Assembly (NCBI GenBank): GCA_040285825.1
Contig: JAUPSS010000007.1
Location: 830,501 to 894,500, forward strand
DNA from: Eukaryota sp. TZLM1-RC
Lineage: Eukaryota > Protista > Metamonada: BaSk clade
Direction: 5' to 3'
DNA length: 64,000 bases
The notes beneath the pieces are model-generated. The model was not told where the DNA came from, ran no database searches, and saw only the letters and a program-made list of their open reading frames with translations. Shown here one piece after another: positions 1 through 9,904 of this stretch. Numbering within the stretch: the first letter of the stretch is position 1; each line of letters starts with the position of its first letter. A program made the position numbers and the translations under genes.

Positions 1-953
1 AATTTACAGTTTTGCTGTAAAAAGCTTCAACAAAAATTGTCAAAGATTTTTGAAAGCTTGGACTTTGATGTTAGACTTGGCTTGGCCACGAAAACGAATC
101 CCGCTTTTGCAAATCTTTTACAAGATATGTGTGACAGTACTTCCTCTGCCTTAGTAACAACAATTCCACAAGTTTATGGTACTCTCTTATCCGATTCTGC
201 TTGGACTCTGAATATGAGATTTCGTTCCTTTATCTGGCCTGATAATTTACCTCATAATTTAATTTGTAAATGTTCTCGAGAAATTACAACTACTCATTTG
301 TTAAATTGTAAACATTTTATTACTTTTAGAAGCAAGGTTCATGATGCTGTAAGAGACCAGTTATATTGTATGTGTAAATCTCATAAATTTGAATCTTTTT
401 TTGAAACCTCTGTTGTCAAATATGTTTGATGCTGAAGATGATTTTCATAAGAATAATGGAGGTGATGCCATATTACCTGGATCAGATGGAAGTTTCATTT
501 TATTGGATGTAATGCCTGTTGATCCTTGTAATGCCTCAAATGAAAGGCTTGTTAATTCTGAAATTCATAATCCCCTTTCAAATGCTGAAAATTTTAAATT
601 CAAAAAATACAATGAACCTTTGTCCAAATTGGCCAGTCTACAGCATGCAAAATACAATTTGTATCCATTTGTATTTTCCCTTTTTGGTTCACTTGCACCA
701 ACTGCTTTACGTTTTTTGGATGATTTTGAAATGATTGTAAAGAGAAGAACTGGCAGAAATTTCAACAGATTGTTTTGGCAAAATAGAATTGTGTTTTCTA
801 TTTTTAAGGGGATGTTGAAGATGGTTTCTGATGCTTTGCTTTCTCTTGGATCTCACTATGAGAGAGTTGCATCTAGTGTTTTTGTTTTGGGAGAGATGGA
901 TTTTTTAGATGTTGATTTATAGGTTTAGAATAAAATTAAATTTTCAAAAAAAA
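1..953 (+). mobile_element. 3' part of RLE-type (CRE-like) non-LTR retrotransposon, family A, frameshifted
   Basis: ORFs 37..429 and 389..922 match the C-terminus of the intact 1122-aa ORF at 50880..54248 (CKC..HLLNC Zn finger, VHDAVRD, RLE region, ...MDFLDVDL*). Short 3' UTR with AATAAA and an A-tail ending ~953. Confidence 0.92.
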
Positions 954-996
954 ACAACAGATTGGAATTGTAATTTTTGTTTATTTTCCTTTCACT

Positions 997-2062
997 ATGA
1001 AACTTCTTGTCTTACTACTACTGCTCACGGCAGTTTTCGCCCGAAGTGTTCCTTTCATTATCTACCATACCACTGTTGTCCATGGATGGCTCCTTCCTAA
1101 GCGTCACAATTCCACTGAATACGCCTATTTTGGAGATTTACAATCCATGATTGAGCACACTAATAGCACCCCCACCCCCACTACCCTCAACCCCAACCCC
1201 ACTACCCTCAACCCCAACCCCACTACCCCCAACCCCAACCCCACTACCCCCAACCCCAACCCCACTACCCCCAACCCCAACCCCACTACCCTCACTTATT
1301 ATTATTATTACTCCTCACTTACTGGTCATTTGTCCCAAACTCTTGTTGGTATTAACAATGCAGATGTTACCTTTATTAATGTTGATGTAGTGCATTCACA
1401 AGCTTCTAGACATGTTGAATTAACCAATTGTGACTTCACTGCAACTGATGTCCAATTAAACAATCTTGAAGTTAAAGTTTTTGATATAAAGAGTGGTTCT
1501 GTTTTTGAAGGTTTGTGTGTACAACTTTTAAATATTGATACTCCATCTGAAGCTCCTTTGAATACTTCCTTCAGTAAAGTAACTTTGGTTGATTCTAAAA
1601 TACTTGATTCATCTGTTTTTAGATTAATAGATTTCAATTCTAGTGCAGAAACTACTTTAACTAATTTGGTTCTCATCAATTTTTCTTCTTATTCAGGTTC
1701 ATTCATCAATGCTGATGACTCAACCTTGGATTTCACGTATGTCAAAACTTTGGTCCAGTTGATTCTGATGGAAAAGTCATTGGTGGATGTGCTAATGATG
1801 AACCACTTATTACTCTTGTTAAATCTAATGTTGATTTTGATGATGTAGTTGTTGTTGGTTTTCAATCTCAATCTATTGTTACTACTGATTCTACTATTGA
1901 TTTAGAAACTGTTCTTGTTCGTCATTCTACTGCTAACGATGGTCACTTTGAATTAACTAATTCTGACCTCAAACTAACTAATGTTGAATTTAAGAATCTT
2001 GAAGGCAAAGTTTTTGGCGTAAAAAGTGATTTTAAAGTCGAGGGTTCAAATGTTTATTATTG
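997..2062 (+). pseudogene. Chimeric secreted-protein (pseudo)gene: signal peptide, metallophosphoesterase-like N-terminus, Pro/Thr/Asn repeat, then beta-helix-like surface-protein repeats; frameshift near 1740
   Basis: MKLLVLLLLLTAVFA signal peptide. HTTVVHGW..H....AYFGD resembles the first motif (HTTDxHGW) of calcineurin-like phosphoesterases. Internal repeat NNLEVKVFDIKSG / KNLEGKVFGVKSD continues in another frame after ~1740. Confidence 0.5.
1167..1295 (+). repeat. C-rich 21-bp minisatellite (ACCCYCAACCCCAACCCCACT)n, about 5-6 copies
   Basis: Directly visible tandem repeat encoding T(L/P)NPNPT. Confidence 0.95.
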
Positions 2063-2079
2063 TGTGGGAAATTTGGGGT

Positions 2080-2125
2080 GTCTGATTATGGTTATTAGTA
2101 GGGGTACTAATAACCATAATCAGAC
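2080..2125. repeat. Perfect 21-bp inverted repeat with 4-nt GGGG loop (hairpin/cruciform)
   Basis: GTCTGATTATGGTTATTAGTA (2080-2100), GGGG, TACTAATAACCATAATCAGAC (2105-2125). Flanking TTTGGG/CCCAAA extends the stem imperfectly. Confidence 0.95.
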
Positions 2126-2504
2126 CCAAACACCAAAATATCAAGTCTCTTTGCAATATCGAGAGCAATTCTCTTTATTCAGAGTCATTGTTTATAGATA
2201 CATAAACGACTGCCTAATCATTAATCATTCAGTTTTTGACTGTTTGTTGTTGATTACGGTGAAGAAAGATTTGTTTATATGTATCTGTATAGTCTATTTG
2301 TTATCCATTCTTTATTATTTATGCTGCTTTGTATTTTTCAATTATTATTCTGATGAAGTAGTTGTTGTTGATTGCCAGTCTCAATTTTTTGTTGCTACTA
2401 ATTTCACTATTCATTTTAAAACTGTTGTTTCTAGCAATAATGATCAAATGATAGTTACTGATGCTTCCACTATTGGTTCTTCCACTATTTGCGAATTATC
2501 TTCA

Positions 2505-2558
2505 GACTGGGTTCCTGACCTCACAACGCATGGTGACGTAGAAGCAAATCCAGGTCCC
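2505..2558 (+). other. 2A-like ribosomal skipping (StopGo) peptide 1: DWVPDLTTHGDVEANPG|P
   Basis: Exact match to the D(V/I)ExNPGP consensus, preceded by G and a typical DLT upstream context. Confidence 0.9.
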
Positions 2559-3248
2559 TCGATCGATCTTTTCTCCATTAAATCATTAGAACCAATGGAA
2601 TTTGTTGTAGATGAGGTAATAAATTATTTTTCAGCCAAGTGGATGATCCAATCCAATCATGTTTCAATTTTGAATGTGAATGTGGTTCAGAGTGCTCTCC
2701 TTGATGACCATGAGTCAATGGTTCGGACCATGCGTAATTACATTATAACACCCATCCTTAACAATCACAATTGTCACTTTGTCATTATTCCAATCAATGA
2801 TGTCTTTGGTAAGACTGTCTCATCAATGGACATAAAATCTGGAGGAATGGGAAATCATTGGATTGTTTTAGTTATTGATGTCATGGGTTTTTTGAAAAAA
2901 TAGAACAACGAAGACTATAATTTATATTGTGGTGCCATAGATTCCATGGTTACTCAAGGTCAAGAAGTATCTCACAATATTGCAGCTGTATTGCACAAAT
3001 TTGCAGTGATTTTAAGTTGCCTTGATGGTATTAAAATTTTTCCTGTGCCTAGAGTTCAAAGTGTGAATGATTGTGGAATTTTTTGTTTGAAATATGTACA
3101 GTACTTTATAGAAAATCATCACAACTTTGTTTCTTTAAACGAGATGTTGACGGAAACAGCCAATATTTCAGTCAATGTATATCAGTTCCGCGCAGCATTG
3201 AAACAACAGTTGCTCACAGAACATGGTGATGTAGAGGCGAACCCTGGT
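2556..3248 (+). other. Ulp1/SENP8(NEDP1)-like C48 cysteine protease domain between the two 2A sites (231 codons, one premature TAG at 2901)
   Basis: His-Asp-Cys order with oxyanion Gln: FVIIPINDV...GGMGNHWIVLVIDV...GAIDSM...RVQSVNDCGIFCLKY. Confidence 0.8.
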
Positions 3249-3251
3249 CCA
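3198..3251 (+). other. 2A-like ribosomal skipping peptide 2: LKQQLLTEHGDVEANPG|P
   Basis: Exact D(V/I)ExNPGP consensus, immediately followed by NLS-like PYCQPKKRK. Confidence 0.9.
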
Positions 3252-3789
3252 TATTGTCAGCCCAAAAAGAGAAAGTCATCAGTGGAATCAACCCCTCCTT
3301 CAAAAACTGTCAGACGATCATCATCGTCTGTTGTTCCCACAAAGGTTGTTTCTTCTGTAAAAATTATGAGACCAATCACTTCTGCCGTGATTTCTTCCAA
3401 TCAGCAAGACAGCCTGCAACAAGAACCTTCAACACTATCCCAAATTGGAAAAGATTCATCCTTGACCCCAATACAACGTAGGACCCAATATAACAAAATT
3501 AGAAAATCATTGGGTTATTCAAAATCATTAAGAAACAGTCAAAGATTTCCGATTCCGGCCGAACATTCATCAAAGAGGAGTCGACGTAGGTTTGTCCAAA
3601 GTAGAGGTAGTACTGAACTGCCTCAGGAACCCAGAGATTTTCAAAATCTTGTTGCACCTAAATCTTCTGTTTCAAGTGTTAATGAATTTAAAAAAATTGA
3701 TGTGATTCGAGGAAAGAAGAAAAAGGTTAAAAAGAAACCTTTTATTGATGATCCTGTCCTTAATCAAAAAGTTAGTACCTCTGATCGCC

Positions 3790-4590
3790 CTCTTATTTGT
3801 TCAATTGATATTGAAACCAAGGAAATTGGTGTTGAAATAACCAAGAAACAAGATATCAATAAAACTTTAGACAATTTGCGAGCTCAACAAAAGCAATCAC
3901 AGTCAGAGCGACGTCGCCAAGTGACTGATGATGAGCAATTGTTAGAACAACAGGTTTTTTTAGAACGGCAGGAAATTTCAATGATTTCTATGATTTTGTT
4001 TGAAATTGACCATAATGGGGATACTATTTTCCATTCCTCGAGTATAAATTATGTTGCTAATTTAGAGGGAACGAGACGAGTGTTATCATGGACCAATGAT
4101 AACAAACCAGTTTTTGATGTTTCATTGAATAAATTTGATCATGAACAACATCTATTGAAGTCATTTGCAGAATTCACTTATGATAAAAAAATTGTTGGTT
4201 TCTTAGGCCATAATATTTTTAATTTTGATTTACCTGTGTTGGCTGTGCGATTATCACATTTTGGAATAACTTTTCCAATTTTGTCCCAAAGAATTGGTCT
4301 AAATGAATTATATCTTCATCGACGTTGGAGAGAAGTAATTCAGTTTTATGAGAATTTCACTATTTTGGACACTTTTTTGTTTGCCAGAAAATTCATTAAA
4401 ATTAGATATGGAGCTTCATTGAACAATTTAGCATACCATTTACTTGCTGAAACAAAACTTAAACTTCATGATGAGTTTAAAAATTTATTACCTATTGATA
4501 GCCTCTATTCAAATAAGGCATTGAGAACATTAGGATCTTATTGTCTTCAGGATGCAATTCTTGTTTTCAAATTATTCATTCTATTCCAAA
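3790..4590 (+). other. DEDDy 3'-5' exonuclease domain (family B DNA polymerase proofreading type)
   Basis: ExoI SIDIET (3801-3818), ExoII GFLGHNIFNFDLPVL, ASLNNLAYHLL.ETK, ExoIII YCLQDA (4539-4556). All four acidic residues and the Tyr are present. Confidence 0.85.
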
Positions 4591-6203
4591 GGGATAAAAT
4601 AATAAATCAGTCATGGTCTACAGTAAAGACCTCTGTTTCATCTACAGCAAGGTATGGAGAATTACAAGAAGAGTTACTTATAGCATCTGAGGTAATGACT
4701 GCTGTGAGACAACAAACTTCATTTTGTGTCAAACAGTATCTTTTAGTCAAATTCATGAAGAACGAAGATATGACAAATTTTGACTACAAACTATTCTATC
4801 ACACAATGATATGTTTGAAAAAATTATCTTCAAAGGTGCATCGGTTTAAATTAGCATTCGATAAACCAATACCAACGTTAAGTGATGATTTGAACAACTT
4901 TATTTTTGGGTTAGGAACTTATGATAACAACTCTGAATTCCCTGGGTATCGCCATTGTGTTACTGAATACACCGACACTTCATCAATTTGCCATATGCCT
5001 AGACTAGATTATAACCATGTAAATAGATCATTTGAATATGAAATGTGGCCTGCTTTTGAACTGAATATCAAAAGAAATTATCATTTATATATCAAAAGGT
5101 TCATTAATCATATAATGGGAAAAAAAGATTTGGAAGATCTAATGAAGGAAAATTGGACAGAAGTTCTTCCAGATAGTTTGCAACATTTGAATTATATGCA
5201 ACGCCAAAGATTTCTCAGTTTCTTTAGATTTCGTTTGAAAATTGTGAAGGATTTTATGACTGGTGGGGAGTGAAATGAATTAATTAATTACTTGCAAAAT
5301 TTTGGAAATTCTGATCACCCATCTAATGTATATTTTTTACAAGAAGTTATTAAATATTTTGATGATTCTACAACCGATGTTGTGTTTGAAACCACAAATT
5401 ATTTGATTGAAGAAGGTGTTACATTATTATTGGAGCACTGGTTGTCTATAATTTTCCCAAATATTATCCAAATTAATGAGGGCAATGGAACAGAAAATGT
5501 GTAAGTTAAAATACTGCAATACACACTTGAAAAGTATCCTTTACATTTTCTGAAACCATCATTTCAAATAATTCAATATTTAGAAGGAATTGAAGCAAAA
5601 TTGTTTAATGTCATTCCACTTAATATGGGTAGTAAACCTGGATACTTTCCAATAGACACGCGAACATTGTGGGGTATTGGGAAAAATGCTATGGGTAATT
5701 TAGATGGTAAACCTCGATTTAAACAAGTCCAAAATTATATGTGTTTGTCTGATATTGGTAGTCTAACTCACAATCAACAGAATTCTTATTGGAACAGATG
5801 GTTCAACACTAATAACAAATCTTTCAAAAAAAATGGTTTCAAATTCAATAATTACGCAGTAACCAATGGTATTAGTATTTGTTTTCAGTTTGTGAGAAAA
5901 GATCTCGCAGGATTAACCTTTAAACCTGATTCAAATATTGCCAAGGTATCAGTCTCTTATTTTGATCACCTTGATCCTGAAGATTATAGTGATAAAAATG
6001 TGGTTTTTGGTGATCTTGGAAAGAGAGATTTAATTCAATTTGGAGCACAGTCGGAAGAATCCAATTCAAATCCACTGAAAAAATATGAATGGATGAGGCT
6101 AACATATGGTGAATGGTCACGTCTCAATAGAAAACACAAACAAGTGTTACAATTTTGTGTTAGACAAAATAATGGTAATATTGAAGACCAGACAATGACC
6201 ATT

Positions 6204-6284
6204 TGTTGGCGCCCTAAGGCTTTTATAATATGAATAGAAAATAAATTATCTTTATCTCAACCACTTTTGCAACCTAAGGCAACA
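6204..6284 (+). repeat. 5' LTR (81 bp)
   Basis: Identical to 13147-13227; TG...CA termini. Confidence 0.97.
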
Positions 6285-6367
6285 ATAATTATTGGCCATA
6301 TTAGGTTATAGGTATACCGTTCACACAACTCACAGCTATCAAACAGAGGATATCTTCAGCGGATATC

Positions 6368-9300
6368 ATGTCAGTCTCTCCTCGCCAGGACACTGACTCC
6401 AGCCAAATTTTTTACATTAGACAGATGCAACAGTACGACAGAGATGCTTTGAGCATAGATACAACAACAGCAGGGACTGAAGAGTCAAATAAAGAAGAGG
6501 ACTTTGGCTCGAGACCACCCTCCGCCCCTCCTCATGAGAAAGATATGGAACCAGGCACGGAACCACCTCCCGCCTCTTCCATGTCCAACAAACCAGATAA
6601 GGTTTCAGGAACGGGACCACCCCCCTCCTCACCTAAAGAAAATGTTGGGTTAAGCTCGGATACTTCGTCTGCCCTAAAGGACTACGAAGAACTCCAGTCC
6701 GTTTTAGAAGAAATGGACGACGATGAAAAAGAGCTTCGCCAACAGATAATGAAGGACGCGGAAGCTCACCTTGAACCAACAGATTATTGTTTGTTCGAGC
6801 AGCTCCCTCCCCTTTGGAAGCAAATATCAAAATCTGGTAGAAATGTGGGATTCCAGACTCTGGGCCATAAAGGGGACCCTAATAGAGTCTACGAATTCCC
6901 TCAAAATGAGAGAAGAGAACTCATTAACGCGTTGGACACTTTGAGTAGAGAGACCTATGGACGTGGGGCAGAACGCCGTCCTAGGATAACCGGTATGGAT
7001 AGAGAGATCCATGTGATTCTGGCAAAGCCTATCAAAGATAGGCCTGATTGGGAAGCCATTCACTTAGATCAGTTCGGGAGAAGGATCAGGTTCTTAGCCA
7101 TCGAACGAAGGAGCAGAACCGATACCGATGACATCCTGCAAACTAAATTACCGGCATGGGTGGACTCGCACTTTGATACGATCATCCATAACTACTCAGA
7201 GGTAGAGGATGGGGCTCCTACTTGTTTCAGAGAATACATGGAACAAGCAGACAGCACAAATCCAAGCAAGTTGGATCCCGTCAGTGACTTCTTTGACGCG
7301 GACGCCCTAAATAATATACTTACGGAACGCTCGAGCGTATCCACATTTAGGAGCCGCCCAAATAACTTCATTCAGCAATTCGGGGAATCAACGACAAGGA
7401 AGAAGAAGTTCAGGTTCTTGGTCACGGGTGATCAATCAACAGAGCTCCACCAGAGACCTAAACTTCCTATAATTGCCCCAATTATATCTGAACAAGAGCA
7501 ACCGGTACAAGTCTGTTCCATTGACGTACTCCCTGATCACATCCCAACAGTAGATGTGACAGAACGAGCAAACAGACCTACCAGAGTGGTTCAGGGACCA
7601 TCAAGTCCCTCCCAACCCATGCTCACTAGCGCATCAGAAGACGAAGTCGAGTTGAGAGGACCTAGTTTAGATGAAACACCTCCTCCTCAACCCCCTCGTA
7701 GAAGAGTTACTTCTGAGGAGCCTCTCCGTTTGGAAGACCTCCAAGCTTCTAGAAATATTTTGGATATGAGTATAGCAAGTAGTCTTCAGAGACATGTGGA
7801 CTCTCAGCCTAGGTCAGCTGAATATAAAGCCCCTCACCTATCTGAGAAGGACCCTCTCAACAAGATGTCTCTCGTCTCCTTCCTCCTCAAATTCCAAACA
7901 TGGGACAAATACGGGCGCAAGATAGCCAATCGAAGCTTTCAAGCCCCTGGTCAATCTGATTGGTCTCGTGCTATGTTGATAGCAACCCAAATATTTGGCG
8001 AAGGAAAGACCCAGATTACCCCTGAGTTGTTATCATCACTCCCATCTCACATCAGAGAAGAAATAGACAGGGACATGAAACAGCCACTCTTAAGGATCGA
8101 CCCAGAACTAACAAAACGTTTGGGACCTCCTATCCATCATTATGACTTATTTAGAAGTATGATGATTAGTACTTGTCCATCCGGCTAATCAAGCATGGTC
8201 GACCCCCATCTCATTTCTAGATGGCAAGGCCAAGGACTTCTAAGACCGGACTTCTCAGACGCCGACCTAATGGTTTTTCTGCTACGCAGGACACAATTTA
8301 CCTCATATCATGAGGCTTGCTCTGCCCTAGCAAAACCATGTATAAACTGGAGAAACATCCACAACAAAGTGGATGCGGACAACGAATTTGGTAGGTTCGT
8401 CGAAGATTTTGGAGACGTCCTGAGGATGACCACTTACATGGTTGACCACTCCATATCTGCATCAATTAGGGGAAGCAGTGGTTTAATAACCCTCTCACCC
8501 GCCCTTATTGCAGAATACTTTCTCTTGGGCATAGATAATTTTGCCATTACCAAGGAGCTGGCAAGCCATTGGACAAGAGAAGATCTATGGGACCCTTCAA
8601 CAGGTACAACTTTGTTAGACCTGATTTCGACCACCAGGAGACACTTTCTAGCTTGGTGCCAAACAACAGGAAATAGGCACACCATGGAACTTTTGAGAAA
8701 ACAAGCTGAAAGAGAAGAAGACATCCTAGTAGGCCTTTCGACCATGAGAACGTTCTCTAGAGGAGCAACCCCATCTGGTCCAGGTACTAAACGTCGCTCG
8801 GGAGGCGGATTCAAAGGAACTCCCCAAAACATATATGTCCCAGAAAGACATGAACGAGAGGGATCTAAGTTCTGTACATTCTGTAACGTCACCGAAGGAA
8901 ATAACCCTATCGGTCACACGGTTTTCGAATGCAAAGACCCTCGTTGTACCAGGAGCAAGGTACCAAAAGAATTGAGGTTTAAGATCGGCGAGGCTGATCA
9001 GCCTGCGAGAAGTGGCAGTGTAGTTAGAGGCCGAGGTGGCCGTGGTAGACGTGTTTCTAGGTTTAGAGGTAGGGGCCGAGGTGGCCATTTTAGAGGACAT
9101 AAAGGTAGAGGTCAATATAGACCTATTTATTACATAAATACACAAGAGGATACATCATCAATACCATCCCCTTCTGAGAACGTGTCAGCTAGTTCGAGCA
9201 TGACCTCTCACAGACGGATTGACCGTTTCAGCAACAGGGTCAGAAATACAGGAAACTTTCCCAATCGGAAACAAATCAACGCAATCAATCATAATCAATC

Positions 9301-9904
9301 AATTGCCGATTTCGGAAACCCAGTTAACAACTCCCCAACAGCTCAACAATTCTTACTAAATCCTCTACAATTCCACAAACCCAGCTCTGATATCAATAGT
9401 ATTTTTGGTATAAATTCTACGGTTAGTGAGAACCACATCAGATCCCAGCGTTCTCCATTTCTAAGATTGGAGATTTTAATAAATAATGTAAAAATGATTG
9501 CAACTATTGATTCGGCAGCGTTTTGTTCGGTTATAACAGAAGATTTGGCTAACAAATGCAACATGTCAATTAATAGAGATGATACAATTGAGTTCTTACC
9601 AGCCAATAACGTATCAAGTAAATCGCTAGGGAGTACAAATGGTATTCTGTCGTTCAACGTAGGAAGCATTGCGCACCAGGTACATTATAGACATACTCTT
9701 CCCATAATCCCGGGTTCGAACAAATTATTAATAGGGATAGACATGTTAAAAACACTTGGGCTTCAGACGGATGATGGTCTTTTCATTAGATTAGACAAAG
9801 AACACCGCACTTTGTTAAATGCGGAATCTGAATTCGACTCAAGAATCGCTCAACATTCGATTGGGACCTTAGATAACCAATTGACCGAGTCCTTCCGATT
9901 TTGA
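6368..9904 (+). CDS. Gag-like protein + aspartic protease (in-frame TAA at 8186-8188)
   Basis: ORFs 6368..8188 and 8195..9904 are in the same frame. Atypical Zn knuckle CTFC-x10-H-x4-C, RGG-rich tract, protease motif ATIDSAA...LLIGIDML. Confidence 0.8.

Larger units (their letters stand above)
2448..6203 (+). pseudogene. 5' part of 2A polyprotein: leader-2A-Ulp1/SENP8-like protease-2A-NLS-DEDDy exonuclease-Fanzor N-terminal half (through RuvC-I)
   Basis: ORFs 2064, 2946, 5292 and 5601 share one frame, separated only by single stops (TAG 2901, TGA 5271, TAA 5502). Motifs: DVEANPGP x2; IPIND..GNHWIVLVID..DS..Q...DCGIF; SIDIET / GHNIFNFDLP / YCLQD; Fanzor motifs FNVIPL..PGYFPIDTRTL, VTNGISI, VVFGDLGKRDLI. 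Start ATG 2448 is assumed. Confidence 0.85.

Noticed and set aside
519-765. Recurrent small ORFs (MILVMPQM..., MKFLPVLL..., MYFKFKTF...) as independent genes
   Set aside because: They are alternate-frame or antisense shadows of the retrotransposon ORFs and recur only because the elements are repeated.
1167-1295. CRISPR-like array
   Set aside because: Tandem repeat without unique spacers, in a eukaryotic context.
1737-1758. GTATGT...CAG as a 22-nt intron repairing the 997 ORF frameshift
   Set aside because: Splicing gives ACT TGA (immediate stop), and the length is below the 27-31 nt seen elsewhere.
2015-2030. Possible TIR pair TGGCGTA-AAAAGTGAT (2015-2030) vs 13945-13961
   Set aside because: The left copy lies within the surface-protein repeat (FGVKSD, paralleling FDIKSG), needs a gap, and has no TSD; probably chance in AT-rich DNA.
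3790-4590. A complete family B DNA polymerase (Polinton/virus)
   Set aside because: Only the exonuclease motifs are present; no polymerase motifs, capsid, ATPase or integrase belonging to this element.
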